Shown piece after piece: positions 1-8,217 of a DNA stretch of 36,087 nt (position 1 is its first letter; every line of letters begins with the position of its first letter). Origin of the DNA: a virus; UHGV virus genome UHGV-0213252; one strand, 5' to 3'. Below the pieces are notes generated by a model, which saw only the letters and a program-made list of their open reading frames with translations, was not told the origin of the DNA and made no database searches. Both the position numbers and the translations under genes were made by a program.

Positions 1-117
1 TTGTCTTCTGTTGAGTTTCTCCTCGTAGATGTAGAACATGGACATGGCGTCATTCTGGTTTTTGTACTCGACATCATAATGGAACCTTTTCGTGTTGATG
101 CCTATAACGTACGTCAT
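1..117 (-). CDS. 5' part of a 68-aa hypothetical protein that continues at 36087..35998 (MTYVIGINTKRF...LNRRQ)
   Basis: ATG at 117 overlaps the TGA of the upstream gene; 39 open codons to position 1; GGAGG RBS upstream. Confidence 0.75.
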   Translation of the reverse strand, partial: MTYVIGINTKRFHYDVEYKNQNDAMSMFYIYEEKLNRRQ

Positions 118-455
118 TCAGTGCCTCCTTTCTTCAATACGGAGGATATTGCATCCTTCAGCTCCTTCGATTCGTTCTCTACGCATTTGCAGATAAGCTC
201 GTTAATGACACACGAGAGCCCGAACGGTGTCATCGGCTGGGCCATCTTCCTGTACATGTAATCATCCAGCAATTTGTCCGCGTGACTGTTGATCTCTGGC
301 TTGTCGCCGCCCCTTTCCAGAACGAGCAGACCAGCATCGATCAATGAATGACCGAGCTCATACCATGTCCTGTTCGAGTATTCCGTCGTCAATAAGCGTA
401 TGAACCTATTGAACTGTTTCTCATCCATCGTGATGGGTAGTTTAACTTCATTCAT
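114..455 (-). CDS. Hypothetical protein (start MNEVKLP)
   Basis: ATGA overlap with 452..706; the ORF track's longer N-terminus overlaps another gene. Confidence 0.7.
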   Translation of the reverse strand: MNEVKLPITMDEKQFNRFIRLLTTEYSNRTWYELGHSLIDAGLLVLERGGDKPEINSHADKLLDDYMYRKMAQPMTPFGLSCVINELICKCVENESKELKDAISSVLKKGGTE

Positions 456-706
456 TCGGCATCCCCCTTTATGTCGTAGATCGCGAGCCTGTCGACTATG
501 GTCTTGGTCAGCAGGCCCTTCCTGCACATCGCGTTCAAGTGAATGATGGTCGTGGATCTCTTCTGCTTGTTCTCCCAATATGGGAGCTTGCCGAAGATGG
601 TCTCGACTATCTCGCTGACGTTCATCGGTCTCCCCGTTTCCTTGAGGGTGTCGATTATCCTGCGCTCGGCCTCTGGGAGGAACATGTAGCGATGTGTCTC
701 GATCAT
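452..706 (-). CDS. Winged-helix DNA-binding protein
   Basis: LPEAERRIIDTL..GRPMNVSEI...L..KGLL pattern typical of wHTH (BlaI/TrmB-like). Confidence 0.7.
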   Translation of the reverse strand: MIETHRYMFLPEAERRIIDTLKETGRPMNVSEIVETIFGKLPYWENKQKRSTTIIHLNAMCRKGLLTKTIVDRLAIYDIKGDAE

Positions 707-870
707 TCCCCTTCCTCGCTGGATTCAACGGAGCAGAATGGCCCCGTTACCATGATCTCACATGCGACGAGGCCTTTGTTGATGACCTCGTCCCATGTGA
801 TGCTCGCGTTCTTCTTCCTCAATTCGAGGTATCTCGCTGCCTGCTCTTCGTCAATAAAGATCCGATACAT
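703..870 (-). CDS. Small hypothetical protein (MYRIFID), possibly RHH-like
   Basis: AGGAGG RBS upstream of ATG 870; coupled to the next gene. Confidence 0.6.
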   Translation of the reverse strand: MYRIFIDEEQAARYLELRKKNASITWDEVINKGLVACEIMVTGPFCSVESSEEGE

Positions 871-1363
871 GATCCGTCCTCCTGTTCGCTTCTTTCTTGA
901 ACTGCTCGAACCAGCCTTTGTCGTGTAAGTCGTAATCCATCTTCGAGAAGAATGTGAATCCACACGGGCATGATATCTGTACGTACTCTATACCGTACAA
1001 CAATTCGTTCAGATAGAAGTCTATCCTATCCTTCCTTTCATCCTCTGTATACTCCTCGCCGTCTGGGATGGCGTTGATAGGGTTGCATAGATCCGTGAAG
1101 TCCTTCACGTTGTCCATATCCCCTATCATATAGCCCTCATCGTCCATGAAGGCTATGTTCAACACAGTGAGCCCCTTGCCACACATCGGGCAGGGCTCGA
1201 ACTCGTTCGCGCATATATAGTGTGGGCATTTGTCCTCGTTCGCACATTCCACATCCTCATCCGTGAGCTCATCCTCGATGTCGCAGACGAACATGTCCTC
1301 GCCATCGCCATAATTCAAAACATAGTCCGCATGTATGCAGCGGTCACAATCACTCTTCATCAT
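851..1363 (-). CDS. Acidic Cys-rich Zn-binding protein (Lar-like CPxCG...CxCG ribbon)
   Basis: CDRC, CPHY, EPCPMCG and CPCG motifs. Confidence 0.6.
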   Translation of the reverse strand: MMKSDCDRCIHADYVLNYGDGEDMFVCDIEDELTDEDVECANEDKCPHYICANEFEPCPMCGKGLTVLNIAFMDDEGYMIGDMDNVKDFTDLCNPINAIPDGEEYTEDERKDRIDFYLNELLYGIEYVQISCPCGFTFFSKMDYDLHDKGWFEQFKKEANRRTDHVSDLY

Positions 1364-1697
1364 CCTTCCTCACCACCCTTATGTCGAGGAATCCTAACGG
1401 ATCGTCCTCAACGGTCAGCCTTCCTGTTGTGTAGGTATTCACTCCCTCTTTCTCCTTCTCGTCCAGCATCCAGCTGAACACATGCTTTATCAGTGCCGAG
1501 AATCCTCCATTGATCATGGCCAATGCTATCATCTGGTCGCATACCTCTCCGTCATGCACTCCCCTCATCCACTGCAAGCAATGGATTGTCAAGTCGTACT
1601 TCTCCATCGTCATATATCTGGCTTCGGTGAGGTCAGCTAATGTGGAGTAGTCCCCAAGGCGCAACTTGTCAATCTTGTAAGATATGTGCTTGGTCAT
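1350..1697 (-). CDS. Hypothetical protein
   Basis: ORF in a coupled operon. Confidence 0.65.
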   Translation of the reverse strand: MTKHISYKIDKLRLGDYSTLADLTEARYMTMEKYDLTIHCLQWMRGVHDGEVCDQMIALAMINGGFSALIKHVFSWMLDEKEKEGVNTYTTGRLTVEDDPLGFLDIRVVRKDDEE

Positions 1698-1873
1698 TCC
1701 GACCCCTCTCCGTTCAATATCTCGGTCACATGGTCCTCCCCGAGAACAGCTGCGAATCCTTTCTTGGTCATCGAGGCGAAAATCTCGCCATCGCTGTTCG
1801 TGAGGCTGAACTTCGAGCGTAACTCCTCGGCCAGCCTCTCGAATCTGTCGCCGTAACCGACGATGACGGTCAT
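1694..1873 (-). CDS. 59-aa hypothetical protein (MTVIVGYGDRF...), not in ORF track
   Basis: Manual translation; ATGA overlaps at both ends. Confidence 0.65.
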   Translation of the reverse strand: MTVIVGYGDRFERLAEELRSKFSLTNSDGEIFASMTKKGFAAVLGEDHVTEILNGEGSE

Positions 1874-2010
1874 TCCTTCGCCTCCTTGAGGTATTGCCTC
1901 ACGGCTCTGATAACAATCGTTGACTTGCGCACGTTGTCCTTCTTGGCCCTCTCCTTTACCTCCTCCAGCAACTCGGCTGGAATCGTGATTGTCAATGCCA
2001 CTTTACTCAT
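1870..2010 (-). CDS. Ribbon-helix-helix (CopG-like) regulator
   Basis: MSKVALTITIPAELLEEV...STIVIRAVRQYL is a classic RHH pattern. Confidence 0.8.
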   Translation of the reverse strand: MSKVALTITIPAELLEEVKERAKKDNVRKSTIVIRAVRQYLKEAKE

Positions 2011-2239
2011 TCCTTTCCCTCCTGCGCAATAGCGAGAATACACGCTTATCTCCGTTGTAACCGCACACGTGGACCACTCCCTCATCGATCAGGGTCTGGA
2101 TGTGCCTGCCGTAAGCATAGGTCGATCTCTTGCATCCTATCGCATCGATGATGTCGCGCGTAGTCCCCATGTGGATACGCTCCAACGCCTGTATGATCTG
2201 GCGTTGCTTCTCCGTCCTGAACATGTCCACCGTCTCCAT
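2003..2239 (-). CDS. Winged-helix DNA-binding protein (start METVDM)
   Basis: EKQRQIIQAL..GTTRDIIDAIG...HIQTLIDEGVV. Confidence 0.7.
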   Translation of the reverse strand: METVDMFRTEKQRQIIQALERIHMGTTRDIIDAIGCKRSTYAYGRHIQTLIDEGVVHVCGYNGDKRVFSLLRRRERNE

Positions 2240-2412
2240 CAGAACACACTCCCTGTCATCTTGCATTCCCATTGAGGATAGCTGCATGCCTTCGGGCATC
2301 CTATCGGCTCCTCGCTGATGCGATTCTCCTCCGTTCCGTCGTAGATTGTCATGAACGCACAGGGTCCGCGCGGACACTTCTCGCAGATGTATTCGGCCTT
2401 CTTGATAGCCAT
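2239..2412 (-). CDS. Small Cys-rich protein
   Basis: CEKC..PC...CP..C motifs; coupled. Confidence 0.55.
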   Translation of the reverse strand: MAIKKAEYICEKCPRGPCAFMTIYDGTEENRISEEPIGCPKACSYPQWECKMTGSVF

Positions 2413-2639
2413 CAGTACCACCCCAGCTTGCCGAACTCATCCTCGTAGTCGTTCCTCGTGTAATTGCCTGCGAGGGCCTCCGATGCCCTCTCCCCTATCG
2501 AGGACCCGTTCATGCACATCCTCGTGACGTAGGCCTCGATGGCCTCCTCTATGATGTCATCGACCGATGTGTCGTCATTGATCGCTATCACGTTCAATGC
2601 GACCCATTCGCGTTCTGACAGCATGATAGTCGGGCTCAT
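2412..2639 (-). CDS. RHH-like hypothetical protein
   Basis: TIMLSE..W.AL.......SVDDIIEEAIEAY pattern. Confidence 0.6.
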   Translation of the reverse strand: MSPTIMLSEREWVALNVIAINDDTSVDDIIEEAIEAYVTRMCMNGSSIGERASEALAGNYTRNDYEDEFGKLGWY

Positions 2640-2968
2640 GATCTCCTCTCCACTGTCTCGGCGAATGCATCGAGGACCTGGCTGTATGCCAAGCGTGCTA
2701 TGAGGTCGGGCATCGTCACGAAGCGCTTACCCGCCCTGCGGTTCATGCCCTCCAGGATGCATTTCATAAGGTCGAACGTACCGTCATCGAACGGTACCTC
2801 CACGATGTGCGGAGCATCGGATGTCAGCTCCTCGGATGTCCTGATGACCTCGTCCCTGAACCTGCGCTGGTCATCATCGAGGACATCATCATCGAGGTCC
2901 TTGACGAAGGCCAGCATCCTTCCGTAGCTGATGCGCCTCATTGCATCCTGTTCCATCGTCATCTCCAT
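2636..2968 (-). CDS. Hypothetical protein
   Basis: Coupled ORF with GGAGG RBS. Confidence 0.65.
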   Translation of the reverse strand: MEMTMEQDAMRRISYGRMLAFVKDLDDDVLDDDQRRFRDEVIRTSEELTSDAPHIVEVPFDDGTFDLMKCILEGMNRRAGKRFVTMPDLIARLAYSQVLDAFAETVERRS

Positions 2969-3312
2969 TCCTCCGTTATCCTTGTGTAAGTGGTTTTGAC
3001 GTGGTCTATCTCCTCCACGATGTCCGCATCGATGTCGGGCATCTGCTCCAAGTAGAGGATCAGATCATACATCCTCTCGAGGAGGGTGGCTGCGACCATG
3101 CTCTCCGGGAGGAAGTCCTCGTCCTCGTTCATCGGCCAATACCTATCACGGATCATGCGAGCCGCTTCAGGCACGTCCTTACATCTGGTCATCCTTATCT
3201 CGGTGGCATCTGGGTGGATAAGGCGTGCCTTTGACAGCACGTCGGCCGTGTCCGTTCCGACGATGAAGTGGGATTTCCCGTCACAATAGACCGCAAAGAC
3301 AGAGCTCATCAT
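2959..3312 (-). CDS. Hypothetical protein (start MMSSVF)
   Basis: GGAGG RBS upstream of 3312. Confidence 0.6.
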   Translation of the reverse strand: MMSSVFAVYCDGKSHFIVGTDTADVLSKARLIHPDATEIRMTRCKDVPEAARMIRDRYWPMNEDEDFLPESMVAATLLERMYDLILYLEQMPDIDADIVEEIDHVKTTYTRITEEWR

Positions 3313-3473
3313 TGGTATGACCTCCAAAGGTACCACACGAAGACACGGCGTTTCTTCATCCCGAAGATGTTCTTGCATTCGCCCTCGCATTTCATCACAA
3401 CCTTGTTGTGATGGTTCTGCGATGGACCGTATTGGATGTGTCCGCAGTGGGAACAGCGATATAATGCGGTCAT
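3309..3473 (-). CDS. 54-aa Zn-ribbon protein (MTALYRCSHCG...CEGEC), not in ORF track
   Basis: Manual translation; GGAGGT RBS; stop overlaps the next start. Confidence 0.55.
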   Translation of the reverse strand: MTALYRCSHCGHIQYGPSQNHHNKVVMKCEGECKNIFGMKKRRVFVWYLWRSYQ

Positions 3474-3488
3474 TCCGTCGACCTCCAT

Positions 3489-3860
3489 TCATTCCTCACA
3501 GGCATCCCCCTCATACCTCCACACTGTGCGATTCTTCGCTATATCGACCTTCCTCACATCCGCGTGGTTGGCGAGGAACTTCGACAGCTCGTTCGATGAG
3601 CCGAGGTCGTAAGGATGGTACGTCTCGACTATCCAATCCTTGAAGTCACGGGTAGTGAAGTCGAATGGGCACGCTACTCCCTTTAGATACTCGTCCAGCC
3701 ATCCCTGACGGCGTGAGCATTTCTCCCTCATCTCTCTGTCCTCCTTTATCTCCCTCAACCGTGCATTGATGGCGCGACGGACGAATTGCGAGACCGTGAG
3801 ATCCCCACGGTTCTCCTCGATGATCCTGACGGTGTCCGCGTCCGCACGGAAGGCTATCAC
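3489..3860 (-). CDS. DNA-binding protein, N-terminal RHH-like
   Basis: IAFRAD...LTVSQFVRRAI; GTGA overlap. Confidence 0.6.
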   Translation of the reverse strand: MIAFRADADTVRIIEENRGDLTVSQFVRRAINARLREIKEDREMREKCSRRQGWLDEYLKGVACPFDFTTRDFKDWIVETYHPYDLGSSNELSKFLANHADVRKVDIAKNRTVWRYEGDACEE

Positions 3861-4552
3861 GCACAGCCCTCCTGCATGCGGATCCTGTCCTCTAACTCCT
3901 TGATCCTCTTCTCTCTGGTGGCCTTGTAGTGGTCCCTCTGCGTGTTGTAGAAGGTCTCGGCATCGAACGGGCCGTAAATCGTGAGGTCCTCGATGTTGCT
4001 CAATGTCCCGATGTTCTTAGCCGCTCTCTGCATCGCGCGGTCCTTCGTGTACTCGACGATTACGCAGTTATTGATGACCTTGAACGGCTGGCCCTGAACA
4101 GGGTTCTGCGTGGTCTTGAACCGTGCTATCGCATAATACAACGGCTGACGTTCTCCGCCGATGTAGATGGCTACCGTGCGGTGGCCTATCTCGACTATGA
4201 CGTGTCCTTCCTCCATCCCTTTGCTCACGAGGGATGCCCTATCCAATGCCTCGGAGAATTTGCCAACAACCCTCGTGTGATAGTGCTTGAAATCCACGCC
4301 GTCCCTCGTAGGGATCATCTTGATATGCCATGTCGCTTCGTGGTCTGGCCCGTAGTCATCGGTGGCGAATGCTTCGAAGTCCATCTTGGCCACCTCCTTG
4401 GACAATCTCCACTTTACGCGGAGCTCCTTGTCCACCCCAGTGGAGAGGCCGTAGGGCTGTCCGCAGTGCTTACAGCGACCTACGACATGCCCACGCTCCC
4501 CCTCGAATCCGTAGACACGGCCTCCGCACATTCCGCATGTCCATGAGGTCAT
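3857..4552 (-). CDS. Hypothetical protein with N-terminal Zn ribbon
   Basis: CGMCG...CKHCG. Confidence 0.7.
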   Translation of the reverse strand: MTSWTCGMCGGRVYGFEGERGHVVGRCKHCGQPYGLSTGVDKELRVKWRLSKEVAKMDFEAFATDDYGPDHEATWHIKMIPTRDGVDFKHYHTRVVGKFSEALDRASLVSKGMEEGHVIVEIGHRTVAIYIGGERQPLYYAIARFKTTQNPVQGQPFKVINNCVIVEYTKDRAMQRAAKNIGTLSNIEDLTIYGPFDAETFYNTQRDHYKATREKRIKELEDRIRMQEGCA

Positions 4553-4728
4553 TTGCTCTCCTCCTCGAAGTATTCGTCAGTGACCTCTCTCCTTCTGGCC
4601 TCCTCGATGATCAGATGATCGAGGATGATCTCGAGGTCCGTAGTTGTGTGCGGTTTGAGGCCGACCATGTGGTCAGCGATCCTGTTGAGGTATCTCTCGA
4701 TGTGGTCGTCTAATGTGATGTCCAGCAT
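4549..4728 (-). CDS. 59-aa hypothetical protein (MLDITLDDHI...), not in ORF track
   Basis: Manual translation; fills the gap, stop overlaps the next ATG. Confidence 0.65.
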   Translation of the reverse strand: MLDITLDDHIERYLNRIADHMVGLKPHTTTDLEIILDHLIIEEARRREVTDEYFEEESK

Positions 4729-5025
4729 TCACTCCACCTCTGGGAAGTTGGTGTTCTTAATCGCATTCTTTATCGTGTCTGTAAGGGAGGGTACCCTGCC
4801 TTCTTCCGTGATAATGTACTCACGATAGCGGTACATCTCCCTGTTGATTTCTGTCCAACCACCATAGATTCTTGGATAGATGGATACGTGATCTTCATTG
4901 AGGTATCTGGACGTCTCGATCCTGTATCCCGTCTTTGTCTTGCGAGCGAAGAATTTGACATAGTATCCGCGCGGGCATTTCTTCGCGTATTCCACTGTGG
5001 TCCTAAGGCCTTTGTAAGTGGTCAT
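4729..5025 (-). CDS. Hypothetical protein
   Basis: Coupled ORF. Confidence 0.65.
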   Translation of the reverse strand: MTTYKGLRTTVEYAKKCPRGYYVKFFARKTKTGYRIETSRYLNEDHVSIYPRIYGGWTEINREMYRYREYIITEEGRVPSLTDTIKNAIKNTNFPEVE

Positions 5026-5261
5026 CTTACCAGCTCCCTGCTCAATGCTGCGAATACCGCACAGATGTCCTCTGTGGGCTCTGCGACATAATGAACGTCC
5101 GTGTCATCGCTCTGGAGGATGACCTTGCCGCTCTCGGCGGTGCCGTCGACCCATTCGATTGTGAAGTTGACCCACTCGATTGTGAAGTTGCCCCATTCGC
5201 TCGGGACCGTCTTTCCAACGAGGGACACGGTCTTTCCGACCATCTCCTTGATGGCTGTCAT
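5022..5261 (-). CDS. Hypothetical protein with in-frame 7-aa duplication
   Basis: NFTIEWV twice; coupled ORF. Confidence 0.65.
   Translation of the reverse strand: MTAIKEMVGKTVSLVGKTVPSEWGNFTIEWVNFTIEWVDGTAESGKVILQSDDTDVHYVAEPTEDICAVFAALSRELVR
5148..5189. repeat. 21-bp tandem duplication (2 copies, 1 mismatch)
   Basis: gacccattcgattgtgaagtt / gacccactcgattgtgaagtt. Confidence 0.85.
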
Positions 5262-5509
5262 TCAGCCACCTCCAGATCCTTCACTTCGATTGTGACCTGT
5301 GAATACTCGGCCCTGACCGTGAGCTCACGGCTCAACCTCTCGGTCAGGATCATGCATTCGGCCGCGTCCACGCTCGTGCGGAATGATAGTTCGCTATCCT
5401 TGAGCATGGGATGATAGAACGGGAACTCGTTCCTCCACTCGTGCCATGCCAAGCCGAGGTCATAGTCCGGAGAGACGATGGCACGGACAACGAGGTTCTT
5501 GGTCTTCAT
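5258..5509 (-). CDS. Hypothetical protein
   Basis: Coupled ORF. Confidence 0.65.
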   Translation of the reverse strand: MKTKNLVVRAIVSPDYDLGLAWHEWRNEFPFYHPMLKDSELSFRTSVDAAECMILTERLSRELTVRAEYSQVTIEVKDLEVAE

Positions 5510-6066
5510 TGGCCCACCTTCCCGAAGAACTTGTCCTTGGCGATATTCTCGGCCGTTGCAGGGACCTTCTTGTGTGGAAGCTCTCCTTGGTTGAAGTCGT
5601 TGTCCTGCTCCCTTGCATCGTCATACTTGCTGTCATCCTTGCTGGATTCGGAGAATCCGAAGATGATCTTGATCAGGTTCTTGTATGCCATCGTGTAGAC
5701 CTTGTTCACGACCTTGTCGCTGTCGGCCATGTCCTGCGCCTCCGCGCGGATCGTGACCGTGAATGAATCCTCTGGTCCAGCGATGCAGAAGTCGATGTCC
5801 GCACACTCGAAGTACCATTCTTTCTCGCCGTAGTTCGTCTTGCGCGTGTACTTGTGCGTCCTCTCCCCTACTACGGAGTAATTGAGAGGGATGATGGAGA
5901 TTCCTTCCTCGCTCGTGCATTGCTCGATTAACGGCTTCGCCGATTCTACAGGGAGGTATGCGAAACGGAGGCCCTCGGACATGACCTTCTTGAAGTTGCC
6001 CTTGGCTTGGAAGCTCGCGCGAGCCCTCGCCAAACGCGAGTACACGTTATCTGCTGGCTCGGTCAT
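5506..6066 (-). CDS. erf: ERF-family single-strand annealing protein
   Basis: N-terminal VYSRL..AR, FAYL, and C-terminal D..DK..NK..T.AYK..I...F motif of the ERF superfamily. Confidence 0.7.
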   Translation of the reverse strand: MTEPADNVYSRLARARASFQAKGNFKKVMSEGLRFAYLPVESAKPLIEQCTSEEGISIIPLNYSVVGERTHKYTRKTNYGEKEWYFECADIDFCIAGPEDSFTVTIRAEAQDMADSDKVVNKVYTMAYKNLIKIIFGFSESSKDDSKYDDAREQDNDFNQGELPHKKVPATAENIAKDKFFGKVGQ

Positions 6067-6473
6067 TCCGACCCCTCCACATATATAATGCTATCAGACA
6101 CTTTTTTTTTGTTTTTTTCTTTTTCTTTTTCGGCGTATAACGAAGCCGAGAAAGGGATCCTCTTCCACTTGAAGACCGAGTTCTTGACAGCTGTGAGATC
6201 TATCACTGCCGTGTCCGTCTTCTTGGAATAATTACAGATCACTCCTGAACCCATCAATGCGAGCCATTTGCCCTTGACAGTCGGAATACATCCGATGAAC
6301 CCGTCTGCGAGCATATACTTCGTAAAATCCTGCCTTCTGATGATCGATGCTCTAAGGAGATCGCTCTCTATCGGAGTATCCCCTATGCTATCGATCAGCC
6401 TCCAATCGATGTGCATTCCGACATAATGCCTATCGATTAGCCTCTCGATTACGTCCGTAATTTCGATTTTCAT
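6063..6473 (-). CDS. Hypothetical protein, first gene of the early operon
   Basis: ORF with GAGG RBS; Lys/Glu-rich tail encoded by A tracts. Confidence 0.65.
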   Translation of the reverse strand: MKIEITDVIERLIDRHYVGMHIDWRLIDSIGDTPIESDLLRASIIRRQDFTKYMLADGFIGCIPTVKGKWLALMGSGVICNYSKKTDTAVIDLTAVKNSVFKWKRIPFSASLYAEKEKEKNKKKVSDSIIYVEGSE

Positions 6474-6474
6474 T

Positions 6475-6570
6475 CAAATTCCTCTTTCGAGGGTTTGAAC
6501 TTCGTTTTTTTCAAAATTCGACTTAATAGTTATTTAGTCGGATTTTGACGAATCGATACTCCAAACCCTT
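6475..6570 (-). promoter_or_regulatory. Structured 5' leader with two mutually exclusive hairpins
   Basis: 6490-6497 pairs with 6562-6569; 6511-6523 pairs with 6536-6548; alternative CAAACCCTC-GAAA-GAGGAATTTG hairpin covers the RBS. Confidence 0.55.
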
Positions 6571-6590
6571 GTTACCTTGATTATTCTTGA

Positions 6591-6601
6591 GATATATAAA
6601 A
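6591..6601 (-). promoter_or_regulatory. Putative archaeal TATA box
   Basis: Minus strand TTTTATATATC, about 25 nt upstream of the leader hairpin. Confidence 0.55.
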
Positions 6602-6603
6602 CC

Positions 6604-7491
6604 TCATATTTTCGCTGAAATCATTTCCATCGCAGACATCAATGCAGACCGTTCTCTCTTGACGTAGCGTTCTGTTGTCGATATATTCGTATGTCCCATC
6701 AATGTCTGAACGACATGAAGGTCCGTGCATGATGCAGCTGTCGTTGCGAACAGCCTTCTTAATGAGTGCGGCGTGAAGTCTATCTTGGATCTCTCGCTGA
6801 TTCCTTTGATGACGAAGTTTATCTTATTGTCTGCGAATGGTGTAATCTTATTCTTCGTCATCCTAAATAGTAAGTAATCTCCGGGTGTGACCCTTTTTCC
6901 AAATTTGCATTCTTCTCTATATAGATTGTATTCAGAGATCTTCTTGAGCATCTTCTCCGATAGAGGGATTATGCGGATCTTCCCGTCAGCTCCGTGTCCT
7001 TTCCCGTGGACCGTCATCATCCCGTCCCTTATGTCGGTGGTCTTGAGAACCACCATCTCATGCCTCCTTAATCCGCATCTCGCTCCCAAGAGCATGATCA
7101 TCTCCTCGGTGGGATTCTTCGTCATAGTGAGGGCTACTTTGAACTCGGCTTCGTTGATCCATTTGACATTTGCTTTTGCATTATCGCTCCACAGCAAGCC
7201 CATGTCCTCGATGACGCTGTTTCCATTATATTTTAACCAACTTCTCAATACGGCGACGTATGTTTTCTTCGTCGTCGGAGATAGATTACAATCAAGCATG
7301 GTCAGCACCTCATCCCTTCCGATCTTTGTCGGATCCGTGTGTTGGTCCTTATCGCTCATTCTCCTTATGGATCCTGTGAGCATGTATCTCATAGTCTCGA
7401 TGCTGTTCGTTTTACGCCCTCTTTTCGCTAAATACTCGCTATATTCATCGATTTTGCGAATGGCGACCATATATTCCTCTATACTCTCCAT
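6604..7491 (-). CDS. int: Tyrosine recombinase / integrase (XerC/D-like)
   Basis: Catalytic R (GLRRHE), K (GKG), HSLRR, LMGH and Y (TERY). Confidence 0.93.
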   Translation of the reverse strand: MESIEEYMVAIRKIDEYSEYLAKRGRKTNSIETMRYMLTGSIRRMSDKDQHTDPTKIGRDEVLTMLDCNLSPTTKKTYVAVLRSWLKYNGNSVIEDMGLLWSDNAKANVKWINEAEFKVALTMTKNPTEEMIMLLGARCGLRRHEMVVLKTTDIRDGMMTVHGKGHGADGKIRIIPLSEKMLKKISEYNLYREECKFGKRVTPGDYLLFRMTKNKITPFADNKINFVIKGISERSKIDFTPHSLRRLFATTAASCTDLHVVQTLMGHTNISTTERYVKRERSALMSAMEMISAKI

Positions 7492-7502
7492 TATATTCCT
7501 CC

Positions 7503-7530
7503 AAAAAAAAGAAAAAAAAAGAAAAAAAAA
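7503..7530. repeat. A8-G-A9-G-A9 tract (poly-U in mRNA) abutting the integrase RBS
   Basis: Seen directly; GGAGG follows at once on the minus strand. Confidence 0.85.
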
Positions 7531-7566
7531 GAATGTAACAAATAAATATCGTGGAATGTCTATAAG

Positions 7567-7614
7567 GGTTGTAATCGGCCGTCATCCAAACCCGTTTTAC
7601 GGCCGATTATAACC
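7567..7614. repeat. 16-bp inverted repeat with 16-bp spacer (terminator or att-like site)
   Basis: ggttgtaatcggccgt ... acggccgattataacc, 1 mismatch. Confidence 0.75.
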
Positions 7615-7626
7615 TCTTTCGAGTTA

Positions 7627-7818
7627 TTATTCCAACCTTGCCTCAAAGCGTGTGACCTTCGAGGCCCTGTTCACGCTCATCCCACAGTATGGTGCTCCCG
7701 CTACCTGCAGATTGAGCGCGATGGATTGACAGTCCTCCTTACTGCCCATGTAGATCGTTGTGCCGTTCACAACGACCGTATAGGTCATCAGTCCGAGCTT
7801 CTGACGAAGTGATCCCAT
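7627..7818 (-). CDS. Small hypothetical protein (start MGSLRQK)
   Basis: GGAGGGGTGA RBS upstream of 7818. Confidence 0.6.
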   Translation of the reverse strand: MGSLRQKLGLMTYTVVVNGTTIYMGSKEDCQSIALNLQVAGAPYCGMSVNRASKVTRFEARLE

Positions 7819-7847
7819 CTTCACCCCTCCTGCGCCACTGACCGAGG

Positions 7848-8147
7848 TCAGTAGTCCTCCTGCTCGATGGCCTTGTGCATGTAGCGGAGCTCTTCCTCGT
7901 TCCATACGAGCGGTGCAGTGAGCTCGTTCGCCCTCGTGATCATCCAGCACGCCTCGTGGAGGTCATCGCTGAACAATGCATCGACTGCCCTGACGAAGCA
8001 GTCGCGGAGTTCTGTGTTGTTCGTGTATCTCGTGTCCGCGAGGTTGTACATCTGCTTGACACATTCGCGTGTCATCATGATCCTGCGGTCCTTGTTGGCA
8101 GCGTAAAGAACGCCTGCCTGCTTTCTCGAAAAATTGGTGTATTCCAT
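7848..8147 (-). CDS. Hypothetical protein behind duplicated promoter copy 1
   Basis: ORF with AGGAG RBS and TATA box. Confidence 0.7.
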   Translation of the reverse strand: MEYTNFSRKQAGVLYAANKDRRIMMTRECVKQMYNLADTRYTNNTELRDCFVRAVDALFSDDLHEACWMITRANELTAPLVWNEEELRYMHKAIEQEDY

Positions 8148-8150
8148 TTC

Positions 8151-8215
8151 TGATCGCTCCTGTCGGGTTTCCCCTTGTCGTAATACTACATAGTATTACT
8201 ATTATATAAAACTAT
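8151..8215 (-). promoter_or_regulatory. Duplicated promoter/operator/leader, copy 1
   Basis: 8157-8195 identical to 9618-9656; TTTATATA box; TAATACTA-ca-TAGTATTA palindrome; GGG-GAAA-CCC hairpin; AGGAG RBS. Confidence 0.8.
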
Positions 8216-8217
8216 GT

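Noticed and set aside
6102..6130. Poly-T run as a terminator or frameshifted pseudogene
   Set aside because: Lies within an intact minus-strand ORF encoding EKEKEKNKKK that is coupled to erf
6887..7612. Long plus-strand ORFs (also 3929..4546, 21400..22035, 28661..29239, 31227..31829)
   Set aside because: Antisense shadows of well-supported minus-strand genes, with no motifs or RBS
6481..7623. 11-bp direct repeats as a target-site duplication of an int-carrying element
   Set aside because: Both copies are the common CUC-GAAA-GAG tetraloop hairpin, and tyrosine recombinases do not make TSDs; kept only as a note
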